Shown one piece after another: positions 44,736 to 54,315 of a stretch of 64,000 nt of DNA. A program made the position numbers and the translations under genes. This DNA is from Bryobacterales bacterium (GTDB lineage Bacteria; Acidobacteriota; Terriglobia; Bryobacterales; UBA6623). The DNA lies in contig OZ251486.1 of the NCBI GenBank assembly GCA_965242705.1, positions 333,945-397,944 on the forward strand, given 5' to 3'. The stretch's first letter is position 1; the number at the start of each line of letters is the position of its first letter. The notes below the pieces were generated by a model. That model did no database searches and was not told the origin of the DNA. It was given only the letters and a program-made list of their open reading frames with translations.

Positions 44736-46485
44736 AACGTCCCGGATAACGGACGATCACGTTCCCTTCGCGGCTGTTGTCCGCGGTCAGCTTGCGCGGC
44801 TTGCCCCGAGCCTGCACCCAGACGTCGATTTGCGCCGGGCCGGCGGGCAAGTCGAACTCGGCCCGCGTTTCGCCCGGTTGCAGCGGCTGCGCCCATTCGT
44901 TGCCGCCGATGGGGCCGCCGCCGGGGCCGTCGATGCGCAGGCGCATTTCCTCGGCCGGGGTTTGCTCGGCGCGGACTTCGAATTCGTAGGTTCCGGCGCG
45001 TTCGACGAACACCGACCAGGTCGTCGGCTTGCCGTCCACGTAGGTTGAGTCCTGATAGCGGCTCAACAGGACGGGGTTTTCCTTGTCCGAACCGAGATGG
45101 ATGACGCCGGGCGCGAACCCCCTTGAGTCCCGCGCATCGGCGAACCAGGTTTCGTAAGCGGACTTGAGATCGGCAACGATTTGGGGATGCGCCGCGGCAA
45201 GGTCGCGCTGCTCGCCCGGGTCTTCGGCGAGGTCGTAGAGCGCCGGCGGGAGCGCGGCGCCGGGGTCCCAGTCCGCATCGCTGAACGCGCGCGGGTTCAT
45301 GGCCAGCTTGTAGCGCTCGGCGACGACCGCGGCGTTGCGGTAAAGCGTCGGCGTCAGCCCTCGATGGCACTGGAAAAACAGCTTGCGCTCGGGCGGGCCG
45401 GCGGCGCCGTCGAGCAGCGGCAGCAGGTTCTCGCCGTCGAACGCCGGTTTCTCGGGCGGCTGCGCTCCGGCCGCGGCGAGCAGCGTGGGGGCGACGTCGA
45501 TGTGGGCGGCGGGGCGCGGCTCCCGTTTCGGGCCGCTCCAACGGCGCGGCCACTGCCAGAAGCTCAACGCGCGGATGCCGCCCTCGTAAACCATCGACTT
45601 GCGCCCGCGCAGGCCGGCCGCGTAGCGCTCTTGCTGCGGCCCGTTGTCGCTGAGGAAAACGATCAGCGTGTCGGCGCGGCGGCCTTTGCTTTCGAGCGCC
45701 GCCAGCAGGCGGCCCAGGTTGTCGTCGATGTTTTCGACCATGCCGTAAACCCTGGCCGTCGTTTCGTCGAGTCCGCGCTCGGCGTAAGGTCGCCAGTACT
45801 TTTCGGCGACGAGCAGCGGCGTATGCGGCGCGTTGGTCGGCAGGTAGATGAAAAACGGCCGCGGGTCTTCCGCTTCGGCGAAGGCGGCGGCCGCGTCGAA
45901 AAAGGCGTCGGTGCAGTAGCCTTGCAGCCGGACCGGCGCGCCGTTATGTACGACTTCGTCGTCGAAATAATCGTTGGTTTCGGGGTTCGGGTTCTGGTCG
46001 ATGCCGCCGGCCTTGTGCGTCAGCGATTCCTCGAAGCCCTGGTCCATCGGCCGCAGCGGATAGTTGTCGCCGAGATGCCATTTGCCGAAGATGCCGGTGC
46101 GGTATCCGGCGGCGCGCAGGCGCTCGGCCAGGGTTGTTTCGCCGCCGTGCATTTTCGCGCCGCCGCGGGAGGTATGGATCACGCCGGTGCGGTAGTAGTA
46201 GCGCCCGGTCATCAGGCTCGCCCGCGTCGGCGCGCAGACGGGGCTGACGTAGAAGCGCGTCATCTCGATGCCTTCGCGGGCGAAGCGGTCGAGGTTGGGC
46301 GTGCGGATGCGCTCGTTGCCGTGGACGCCGACATCGCCGTAGCCCTGATCGTCGGTCAGGATCAAGATGATGTTCGGCCGGCTGTCCGGCTCATTTCCGC
46401 CGCAGGCCGCCGCGAGCGCCGCGGCCGCCGCAAGCGCCGCGGCCCATGGGCGGATTGCCGGCGGCTTTCGCGCGGAAACGGTCAT
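44734..46485 (-). CDS. Sulfatase (formylglycine-dependent)
   Basis: The ATG at 46485 overlaps the MFS stop (ATGA). ILILTDDQGYGD and the CAPTRASLMTGR signature. Confidence 0.9.
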   Translation of the reverse strand: MTVSARKPPAIRPWAAALAAAAALAAACGGNEPDSRPNIILILTDDQGYGDVGVHGNERIRTPNLDRFAREGIEMTRFYVSPVCAPTRASLMTGRYYYRTGVIHTSRGGAKMHGGETTLAERLRAAGYRTGIFGKWHLGDNYPLRPMDQGFEESLTHKAGGIDQNPNPETNDYFDDEVVHNGAPVRLQGYCTDAFFDAAAAFAEAEDPRPFFIYLPTNAPHTPLLVAEKYWRPYAERGLDETTARVYGMVENIDDNLGRLLAALESKGRRADTLIVFLSDNGPQQERYAAGLRGRKSMVYEGGIRALSFWQWPRRWSGPKREPRPAAHIDVAPTLLAAAGAQPPEKPAFDGENLLPLLDGAAGPPERKLFFQCHRGLTPTLYRNAAVVAERYKLAMNPRAFSDADWDPGAALPPALYDLAEDPGEQRDLAAAHPQIVADLKSAYETWFADARDSRGFAPGVIHLGSDKENPVLLSRYQDSTYVDGKPTTWSVFVERAGTYEFEVRAEQTPAEEMRLRIDGPGGGPIGGNEWAQPLQPGETRAEFDLPAGPAQIDVWVQARGKPRKLTADNSREGNVIVRYPGR

Positions 46486-47732
46486 GCCTCGCTCTCCGCG
46501 GGCAGCAGCGGCTTGGTCGGGTCGATCTTGAGCCAGCACAGCGCCGAAACGAACGACAGCGAGGCGATCAGCGCCAAGGGGACGTTCCAGCCGTAGGTTT
46601 CAACCAGAGACCCGTAGCCGATGCTCATCGCCGCGCCGCCGATTTGCCCCGCCGTGTTCATGGCGCCGCTGACCGAGCCGGAGGCTTCGCGGCCGACGTC
46701 GACGCAGACCGCCCAGCTTGCCGGCAGCATGAAGTCCGAGGCGGCGAAGCCCAACGCCAGCAGCAGGCTGGCGGCCGCGCGGTCTTCGACGGCCAGCGAA
46801 AGCAGGATCAGCGCTCCGGCGGTTCCCGCGCCGGCCATGCCGACGATGCGCCGCCCCCACTTGAGGCCGATCTTGCCGGCGAGCCGGTCGCTCAGCGAGC
46901 CGCCCGCCCAGTCGGCGCAGGCGGCCAGCAGGAAAGGCAGGGCGGTATAGGCGGCGAGTTCGGATTTCCGCCAGCCCTTTTCGGAGGCGAGGTAGCTTGC
47001 CGTCCAGAAGAGATACCAGTTCGAGGCGTAGGCGAAGAAATGGTACGCGCCGAGGATGGCCCAGAAGTTGCCGCTCTTGAGCAGCGCGCCGAGCGGCAGA
47101 CGGGAGACGCGGGCGGGCGGCGGGCCGATCAGGTTTTGCTCGGCTTCGCTGACGCGGGGGTTGTCGCGCGGGTAGTCGCGGAAGCTGCGCCGCCACCAGA
47201 CGGCCCAGACGATGCCGGGCGCGCTGAAGGCGTAGAAGACGCTGCGCCAGCCCCACCGCGCGATCAGCGGATAGACGAGGAAGGGCGAGAGCGCCCCGCC
47301 GATGCGGCCGGCCATCCAGACGACGCCCTGCGCCCGGCCGCGCTCCCGCGGCGGGAACCAGCGCGAGACGACGCAAGAGGCGTTGGGATAAGCGCCGGCT
47401 TCACCCGCGCCGAACAGGGCGCGCACGATCAGCAGCGAGGCGTAGCCGCGCACCGCGCCGGTCAACGCCGTGAAGACCGACCACCAGACCACGATGCGGG
47501 TCAGGATGAGGCGCGGCCCGAAACGGTCGCCCAGCCAGCCGCCGGGCACTTCGAACGCGCCGTAGGTCAGCAGGAAGGCGCTGACCACGTAACCCCATTG
47601 AGTCGTCGAAAGCCCGAGATCGCGCTGCATTTCCGGCCCGGCGGAATTGATGCAGACCCTGTCGAGGTAGGTAATGGTGGAAAGCAGAAACAGCCCGAAG
47701 AGCACCTCTCGTCGGACGTTGCCGGCGCGCAT
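46482..47732 (-). CDS. MFS transporter
   Basis: 416 aa, 12 predicted TM segments. MFS-type loop motif G.L.DRFGPR. Confidence 0.85.
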   Translation of the reverse strand: MRAGNVRREVLFGLFLLSTITYLDRVCINSAGPEMQRDLGLSTTQWGYVVSAFLLTYGAFEVPGGWLGDRFGPRLILTRIVVWWSVFTALTGAVRGYASLLIVRALFGAGEAGAYPNASCVVSRWFPPRERGRAQGVVWMAGRIGGALSPFLVYPLIARWGWRSVFYAFSAPGIVWAVWWRRSFRDYPRDNPRVSEAEQNLIGPPPARVSRLPLGALLKSGNFWAILGAYHFFAYASNWYLFWTASYLASEKGWRKSELAAYTALPFLLAACADWAGGSLSDRLAGKIGLKWGRRIVGMAGAGTAGALILLSLAVEDRAAASLLLALGFAASDFMLPASWAVCVDVGREASGSVSGAMNTAGQIGGAAMSIGYGSLVETYGWNVPLALIASLSFVSALCWLKIDPTKPLLPAESEA

Positions 47733-47748
47733 GGCGATTGATTATGGC

Positions 47749-47826
47749 ACAGCGCGCTTTGCGCGCGGCCGCGGGTCGGCGGGTCACGGGCCGCGGGTCG
47801 GGCGCGCGTTTTGCGCGGCGGCGCAG
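47749..47826. repeat. Composite REP element: hairpin, G-tract core, hairpin
   Basis: gcgcgctttgcgcgc | ggccgcgggtcggcgggtcacgggccgcgggtcggg | cgcgcgttttgcgcg. Near-identical architecture at 54866..54945 and 63893..63965. Confidence 0.75.
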
Positions 47827-49079
47827 ACGTCCTGATTTTGTTGCAGCCATTCCAGCAGGGCTTCGGCGGCCCAGCGGTGGCCGTCGGCGTTCCAGTGGAA
47901 ATCGTGGCGCCATTGCGCGTCGCTGAGCGCGGCGCCTTGACGCAGGATGTAGTCGGCCTGATCGATGACGGGGATATCGAGCGCCGCGGCCATGGCGCTC
48001 ATCCGCTCGAAAACGAGGGGACCGTGGAGCTTCGCGGTGTGCGCGGCCAGGATGACCAGCGCCGCTCCGTCGCGGTCGGCGCGCTGTTTGAATTGCTCGA
48101 GGGCGAAGGCCGTGTAGTCGAGGGCGTCCTCGAAGGCGGGCGGCAGATCGCTTGCGGCGAATACTTGGTGCATGTTCAGCAGCTCGATCGGCGGCCAGCG
48201 TTCGAGCAGCGCGGCATAGCGCGGGCGTTGGCGCAGCGTTTCCACCCAGAAAGGCAGCTTGCGGGGGTTCGGTGCGCAGTTAGCGGGAATATGTACGCAC
48301 ATTTGCGCATCCAGCCGGCGGGCGAACCAAGAGAACTTGGCCGCTCGCCACAGGATGCGCAGGTACCAGGGGTCCGGCGCGCCGGGCGGGGGGCGCGGCA
48401 AGGTGAATTGCGCGGCGTCAGGATGGGGAGGGCGCAGCTCGATTTTTCCGTCGGGGCGCCTTGCCGCATGGATCTCGGGTATGTAGTCCGGGTCGAAACC
48501 GCGACTCAATGAACGCAGCAGGGGATGGTTGTCGAGAAAGTCGTTGCGGACGAAAACCAGCACGACCAGTTTGGGGCGCAAGCGCCGGGCAAAGTCCCAG
48601 TAGGGCAGTTGATGGATTTGGCCGAGGCCGCTGTGGCCGAAGGCCGATGCCGTAACGTTCAGACGGGGCAGGGCGGCGGCGGCGAGCGCTTCGAGGCGGA
48701 CGTGGGATTTTTGGGCGATGGGCACGTCCTTTGCCTCGACGAAGGAGTCGCCGATGAAGGCGATACGGCAGCCCGCCGCGGCGCGTTCGGGTCTGGGCGG
48801 TTCGCGGTCGAGAAAGCCCAGGCTGTTGGCGCGCGAGACGGTCCAGAAGTCGAGCCGGTTCGTATGGCGGATCTCCGTGTGCGGTTTCCAGATATAGGTT
48901 CCTCGGTAAGGCATTACAGGGGGAAAAGATGTCGTCATGAACGGCTTGGTCCGCCGCAACCAAGTCTCGCCGGCGATCGCGATCATCGCCGCAGCGGCGG
49001 CAAGCAGTGCTGCATTCCAGGCGATCAGGCGCAGCGCGCGGCGGAGCCAATTGTGCGGGGGGAGGGGGGTATGGGTCAC
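47784..49079 (-). CDS. Membrane-anchored SGNH/GDSL-like hydrolase/acyltransferase, paralog P9
   Basis: The GTG at 49079 overlaps the P8 TGA (GTGA) and gives VTHTPLPPHNWLRRALRLIAWNAALL (TM). IAFIGDSFVEA; WRHDFHWNADGHRW. The C-terminus reads into the REP element. Confidence 0.8.
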   Translation of the reverse strand: MTHTPLPPHNWLRRALRLIAWNAALLAAAAAMIAIAGETWLRRTKPFMTTSFPPVMPYRGTYIWKPHTEIRHTNRLDFWTVSRANSLGFLDREPPRPERAAAGCRIAFIGDSFVEAKDVPIAQKSHVRLEALAAAALPRLNVTASAFGHSGLGQIHQLPYWDFARRLRPKLVVLVFVRNDFLDNHPLLRSLSRGFDPDYIPEIHAARRPDGKIELRPPHPDAAQFTLPRPPPGAPDPWYLRILWRAAKFSWFARRLDAQMCVHIPANCAPNPRKLPFWVETLRQRPRYAALLERWPPIELLNMHQVFAASDLPPAFEDALDYTAFALEQFKQRADRDGAALVILAAHTAKLHGPLVFERMSAMAAALDIPVIDQADYILRQGAALSDAQWRHDFHWNADGHRWAAEALLEWLQQNQDVCAAAQNARPTRGP

Positions 49080-50332
49080 GGGTCGGGCGCGCAGACTTGC
49101 GGGTTTTGTTGCAGCCATTCTAAGAGGGCTTCGGCGGCCCAGCGGTGGCCGTCGGCGTTCCAGTGGAAATCGTGGCGCCATTGCGCATCGCTGAGCGCGG
49201 CGCCTTGGCGCAGGATGTAGTCGGTCTGATCGATGACGGGGATATCGAGCGCCGCAGCCATGGCGCTCATCCGCTCGAAAACGAGGGGGCCGTGGAGCTT
49301 CGCTGTGTGCGTGGCCAGGATGACCAGAGCCGCTCCGTCGCGGTCGGCGCGCTGCTTGAATTGCTCGAGGGCGAAGGCCGTGTAGTCGAGGGCGTCCTCG
49401 AAGGCGGGCGGCAGATCGCTTGCGGCGAATACTTGGTGCATGTTCAGCAGCTTGATCGGCGGCCAGCGTTCGAGCAGCGCGGCATAGCGCGGGCGTTGGC
49501 GCAGCGTTTCCACCCAGAAAGGCAGCTTGCGGGGGTTCGGTGCGCAGTTAGCGGGAATATGCAAGCACATTTGCGCATCCAGCCAGCGGGCGAACCAGGA
49601 GAACTTGACCGCTCGCCACAGGATATGCACGTACCAGGGGTCCGGCGCGCCGGGCGGGGGGCGCGGCAAGGTGAATTGCGCGGCGTCAGGATGGGGAGGG
49701 CGCAGCTCGATTTTTCCGTCGGGGCGCCTTGCCGCATGGATCTCGGGTATGTAGTCCGGGTCGAAATCGCGATCCAATGAATGCAGCAGGGGAGAGTTGT
49801 CGAGAAAGTCGTTGTCAACGAAGACCTGCACGACCAGTTTGGGGCGCAAGCGCCGGGCAAAGTCGTAGTAGGGCAGTTGCTGGATTTGGCCGTTGCCGCT
49901 GTAGCCGAAAGCCGAGGTCGTAACGTTCAGACGGGGCAGGGCGGCGGCGGCGAGCGCTTCGAGGCGGACGTGGGATTTTTGGGCGATGGGCACGTCCTTT
50001 GCCTCGACGAAGGAGTCGCCGATGAAGGCGATATGGCAGCCCGCCGCGGCGCGTTCGGGGCTGGGCGGTTCGCGGTCGAGAAAGCCCAGGCTGTTGGCGC
50101 GCGAAACGGCCCAGTAGTCGAGCCGGTTCGTATAGCGGATCTCCGCGTGGGGTTTCCGGAGCCAGGTTCCTTGGTAGCTGACTCCAGGGGGAAAAGAGAG
50201 GGCCATGAACGGCTTGGTCCGCCGCAACCAGGTTTCGCCGGCAACCGCGATCAGCGCCGCAGCGGCGGCAAGCAGTGCTGCATTCCAGGCGATCAGGCGC
50301 AGCGCGCGGCGGAGTCGATGGGGGGGGATCAT
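49076..50332 (-). CDS. Membrane-anchored SGNH/GDSL-like hydrolase/acyltransferase, paralog P8
   Basis: The ATG at 50332 overlaps the stop of the 742-aa gene (ATGA). MIPPHRLRRALRLIAWNAALL; IAFIGDSFVEA; DFHWNADGHRW. Confidence 0.85.
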   Translation of the reverse strand: MIPPHRLRRALRLIAWNAALLAAAAALIAVAGETWLRRTKPFMALSFPPGVSYQGTWLRKPHAEIRYTNRLDYWAVSRANSLGFLDREPPSPERAAAGCHIAFIGDSFVEAKDVPIAQKSHVRLEALAAAALPRLNVTTSAFGYSGNGQIQQLPYYDFARRLRPKLVVQVFVDNDFLDNSPLLHSLDRDFDPDYIPEIHAARRPDGKIELRPPHPDAAQFTLPRPPPGAPDPWYVHILWRAVKFSWFARWLDAQMCLHIPANCAPNPRKLPFWVETLRQRPRYAALLERWPPIKLLNMHQVFAASDLPPAFEDALDYTAFALEQFKQRADRDGAALVILATHTAKLHGPLVFERMSAMAAALDIPVIDQTDYILRQGAALSDAQWRHDFHWNADGHRWAAEALLEWLQQNPQVCAPDP

Positions 50333-52557
50333 TGCCGGAGCAGCTTCTTGCCCAAGCCGGCGTTGCCGGCGCGGTCGCGGACGCGCAGCACGATCAGGCG
50401 CTCGGCTTGGCCCGGCGGGCCGCTCAGCTTGACGGTGAACGATTCCGTTTGGGAGTCGATCACGCCGTCATCGGCGTTCAGCGGACGCCATTCGCCCGCG
50501 TCGACGGCGTACTCGGCGCTGCGCAGGCCGGAGGTTGCGTCGGACGCTTCGAAGCGGATGCCTGCGCCCGTCTGCTCCGCGGCCAAGCGGATGCGGGGCG
50601 GCGTATGGTCGATGACCACCGGGCCGCTGATTTTTTCGCCGCTCAAGGCGCGGTCCGCCGGGTTGACGCCGCCGTCATCGACGATGACGCGGAAGCGGTA
50701 GCGCCCGTCGGCCAGCGCGTCGCCGTCGATGGTCAGCTTGGCCGCGTCGATGCCGCGCTCGATGGTTTTCCAAGCGGTTTCGCCTTCGCCGCGGAAGGCG
50801 ACCGCGGCGCGCAAGGCGTCGCCGTCGGGGTCTTCGGCTTTCCAGCTTACAGCCAGCTTGCGCTGCGAGCCGCGCCCCAGTTCCAGGGCTTTCGTGCTGC
50901 TGACGGGGGCGGAGGCGTCCCCGGAGGCCGTAACGGTGATGCTGTAGCTGCTTGTCGTATCGGCCGCGGCGGACTTCGCGCCGTCCGCGGCGCCGGCTGC
51001 GGCGGTTTCGGGCAATACGCTGACCGCCGCCACCACCGGGCGGGAGTTTTGCGGCAGGTAGGTCAGGCGCACGGAGTCGAGCGCGGCGGCGCCCGCGAGG
51101 GTCGCCCGCCACTGGATGAACCGCGCGTCCGGCGAAGCGATCGCGGCGCCTTCGGCTGCGCTGACGGGTTCGGACCAGGGGCTCCATGCGGCATCGGGCC
51201 GGTAGGAGTTTCCGCTGCGCGTACGCACGGCGATCGCCGCCCCCTCGGGCGCCGCGCCCCGCCAACTGAGCCGGCCCCAGCGCGACACGCCGCCGCTGTC
51301 GTGGACAGCCGTTTCGAAGACTCCGCTTTGGGCCGGCTCGTCGGCCAGGCGCAGCAGGTCGCCTCCGTGCGCCGAGCCGAGCAGCACGCCGCGGGCGGCG
51401 CGCAGCATGGCGGTGATTTGCGGGCGGTTGGTCTGCGCGGCGATGCTGAGCCGCCGCTGCGGGTCGATTTCGTAGATCCGTCCGCCTTGGCCGCCGGCGA
51501 AGAGCGCTTGCGCGCCTTGGGGGTCTTTGAGCAGGAGGCCGAGGACGTTTTCCTGGGTCGAAGACCAGAGTTTCTCGACCGCGCGGCCCGGCTGCAGCCG
51601 CAGCACCGCGGCGCGTTCGAGGCCGTAGCTTACCGTCGGTTGGGCGAAGCTGACGGTTGCCGAAGTCTGCGCCGCGGCGGCCGGCGCGGGCGCGGTTCCG
51701 GCCTTGACCGCCGGCGCGGCCTGCGCCGCGGCTTGTTGCGCCGCGGCCGCGGCCTTGACGTTTTGCAGCACGCGGTCGATGCCGCCGCCCATGGCGGCGA
51801 AGTAGATCGCGCCGTCCCGCGCGGCGGCGATGGAACGGATTTCCGGCAGATCGGAATCGTAGAGAGCGAAAGCGCGCCCGCGGCTTTCGACGCGGTAGAG
51901 GACGCCCGCCGGGTCGGTTCCCGCCAGCAGCCGGCCCTGCGCGTCGAGCGCCAGGCTCATCACGTGGCGCTGCCCGGAGTCGAACCAAAGCTCGCCTTTG
52001 CCTTGCGCATCGACGCGGTAGATTTTCCCCTTGCCGCCGGTACCGACCAGCAGCCCGCCTTCGCGATCGAACGCGAGCGACCAGATATAGGTTTCGCCCG
52101 GGTCGAAGAACGGTTCGGCCTTGCCGGATTTTTCCAGGCGATAGACCTTCCCGTTGGGCGACGCGCCGGCGTACAGGCGGCCGTCCGGCCCCAGGGCCAG
52201 GGCGAACACCTCGATTTCCGGCGCTTTCCAGATTTGCTTCGCCCTGTTTTCTCCGGCGCCTTGCCCGGCAACCGAGAAAACGGCGCCCTGATGCCCCGTG
52301 CCGAAATAGACGGCGCCGTCGGCGTCTTCGACGATCGACCAGATAACCGACTGATCGGTTTTGCAGAGCGTGGACAGGGCGGGGGCGGGGCGCAGGCGGC
52401 CTTCGCGGTCGAGCGCGATGCTTTCGAACTTGCCGCTGAGGAAGTCGGCATAGTCGGCGAGCTCCCAGACGCGGGTCGAAGAAGCGCGCAGCGGGCCGCC
52501 GGGAACCGCCGCGGCGGCGATGAGGAGTCCGATGGCGGCAGCCGGGCGCAGCTTCAA
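50329..52557 (-). CDS. Secreted beta-propeller-like repeat protein with Ig/FN3-like C-terminal region (uncharacterised)
   Basis: 742 aa with a signal peptide. Repeated units of the type D..G.(L/V)Y.G(T/A)...G.(V/I)(Y/F)R(V/L). 4-nt overlaps with both neighbouring genes. Confidence 0.75.
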   Translation of the reverse strand: MKLRPAAAIGLLIAAAAVPGGPLRASSTRVWELADYADFLSGKFESIALDREGRLRPAPALSTLCKTDQSVIWSIVEDADGAVYFGTGHQGAVFSVAGQGAGENRAKQIWKAPEIEVFALALGPDGRLYAGASPNGKVYRLEKSGKAEPFFDPGETYIWSLAFDREGGLLVGTGGKGKIYRVDAQGKGELWFDSGQRHVMSLALDAQGRLLAGTDPAGVLYRVESRGRAFALYDSDLPEIRSIAAARDGAIYFAAMGGGIDRVLQNVKAAAAAQQAAAQAAPAVKAGTAPAPAAAAQTSATVSFAQPTVSYGLERAAVLRLQPGRAVEKLWSSTQENVLGLLLKDPQGAQALFAGGQGGRIYEIDPQRRLSIAAQTNRPQITAMLRAARGVLLGSAHGGDLLRLADEPAQSGVFETAVHDSGGVSRWGRLSWRGAAPEGAAIAVRTRSGNSYRPDAAWSPWSEPVSAAEGAAIASPDARFIQWRATLAGAAALDSVRLTYLPQNSRPVVAAVSVLPETAAAGAADGAKSAAADTTSSYSITVTASGDASAPVSSTKALELGRGSQRKLAVSWKAEDPDGDALRAAVAFRGEGETAWKTIERGIDAAKLTIDGDALADGRYRFRVIVDDGGVNPADRALSGEKISGPVVIDHTPPRIRLAAEQTGAGIRFEASDATSGLRSAEYAVDAGEWRPLNADDGVIDSQTESFTVKLSGPPGQAERLIVLRVRDRAGNAGLGKKLLRQ

Positions 52558-54311
52558 TTTTGAGTCACCGTGAATTGCAGATCGACGCGGCCGCGGACGA
52601 GGCTGTCGAACTCGCCGACGACGGCTTCGGCCAGCGTCAGGGAGAGGTCTTGGGCCGCGCCCGCGCCGCGCCCTTCAGCCGTGGACAAGACCGCCCGCAG
52701 CGACGCCGGGGGCGAGGGCAGGCGCTCGGACTGCACCCACAGCGATTGTTTTTGCCGCCAGACGCGGACGTAGGCGCGGTCGCTGCGGCGCAACCGGTTG
52801 ACCAGGCGGATCAACTCGGCCGGGCCGCGCGATTTGCGTCCGGCGAGCAGCCCCTTCCATTCGAGGAAGTTCAGCGAGGCGGCGTCGGACGCGGCGGCAT
52901 GGACCGCGCCCGGCGGCATGGAAAGCGGAACGGGCCAGCGGAAACTGCGCTGCGTTTCCCTGCCGTCGGGGCCTTTCAGCACGACGGCGATTTCGACGGT
53001 ATCGCCCGGGCGCGCCGCCGCCGGCGACGCCCAGGCGCGCACGATCTCGCTGTAGCGGTCTTGCGCGGCGGTTTCGACGGCGACATCGATGGAGGCGGCG
53101 CGCAGGCCGGCGAAGCCGCTTTGCAGGAGGAACGCCGCCGGAACGGCGGTTCCCAGCGCCGCCGCGGCGCCCACGCCGGCGGCGCCGGCGTAGATATCGT
53201 CGAGAACGAGATCGGGCAGGCCGTCTGCGAAGCGCACGGTTCCCTTGACGGCGGCGGTCAGGGGGCCCAGCGTCCGCTGCGTGGCGTCGATCGCCGAGAA
53301 TACGGCGAGTTGCAGCAGGAAGGGCGTAAGCTGCGCATCGCGCGCCAGTTCCAGATTGTAGGCATGGGTTTCGCCGTCCGCGGCGCGCAGGCGGATGACG
53401 CAGGGGACGAGATCGGGCTCGGCGCCGAGTTCGCCGGCGACGCCCGTCTCGCGGTCGAGAAAAATCTTGCCGACGGGGCCGCCGGCGCCGCTGAGCTTGA
53501 ACGAATTTTCGAGGCTGGGCACGAGGGCGAGAACCGAGGCGCGCATCATCGGCAACTCGACTCCGCCGCTCGACAGGAAGCGGTGGCCGAAGGCGAACAG
53601 GCGCTTGCCGTCAACGTGCGTGACCGTTCCCGAGGCGTTGACCTGCAGGTCGCCGCGGATGAGTCCGACGGCGATCATCGATCCCGGCTCGATCGGCCCA
53701 TCCGGGTCTTCGCGCAGTCCTCCGCCCGCGCCCTGCACGGGGCGCAGCCCGAGGCTGCGCAGCCGCGGGGCGAAGACTTCGGCTGCGCGCGCGCTGACCC
53801 CGGCCAGCGACACCGGCGTTGCGATGGGCAGGAAGTCCGTTGCGGCGGCGGCGGGGTCGGCGGACGGGGATTCGATGCCGAGCGTTTCGCGCAACTCGGC
53901 GAGCAGGTCGAGCGGCGCGGCCCGCGCGGCGCTCGCCGGCTCGTCGAAACCGGCGACCATTTGCGCGATCGGCCGGATGCCCGCCAGCGGCTCGGTGGCG
54001 AAAGGGAAGGTGAAGGCCACGGCTCCGGCGAGTTTGCCGTCGATGTACACCGGGCTGCCGCTCATGCCCGCGGGCACGCCGATTTTCTGCAGGGGGCCGC
54101 CCGCCAGCCGCCCGACGATCAGCGACTGTTTCGGGCCGACGTTTTCCAGTACGCCGAGGATTTCGACGTCGAATTCCTCGATGCGCGTTCCGGCGAAAAC
54201 CGTGCGGCCGACCGCCTTCATGCCGGCTTCGACGGCTTCGAGAGGGAAGAACTGCTGGGCCGGCAGGAGAACCGCCGCCGCTGCCGCCGCCGGGATCGCC
54301 GCGCGAAGCAC
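52554..54311 (-). CDS. PA-clan serine peptidase, SpoIVB/S55-like
   Basis: 585 aa with a signal peptide. GVPAGMSGSPVYIDGKLAGAVAF resembles the S55/SpoIVB active-site Ser block. Confidence 0.7.
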   Translation of the reverse strand: MLRAAIPAAAAAAVLLPAQQFFPLEAVEAGMKAVGRTVFAGTRIEEFDVEILGVLENVGPKQSLIVGRLAGGPLQKIGVPAGMSGSPVYIDGKLAGAVAFTFPFATEPLAGIRPIAQMVAGFDEPASAARAAPLDLLAELRETLGIESPSADPAAAATDFLPIATPVSLAGVSARAAEVFAPRLRSLGLRPVQGAGGGLREDPDGPIEPGSMIAVGLIRGDLQVNASGTVTHVDGKRLFAFGHRFLSSGGVELPMMRASVLALVPSLENSFKLSGAGGPVGKIFLDRETGVAGELGAEPDLVPCVIRLRAADGETHAYNLELARDAQLTPFLLQLAVFSAIDATQRTLGPLTAAVKGTVRFADGLPDLVLDDIYAGAAGVGAAAALGTAVPAAFLLQSGFAGLRAASIDVAVETAAQDRYSEIVRAWASPAAARPGDTVEIAVVLKGPDGRETQRSFRWPVPLSMPPGAVHAAASDAASLNFLEWKGLLAGRKSRGPAELIRLVNRLRRSDRAYVRVWRQKQSLWVQSERLPSPPASLRAVLSTAEGRGAGAAQDLSLTLAEAVVGEFDSLVRGRVDLQFTVTQN

Positions 54312-54315
54312 GCCT

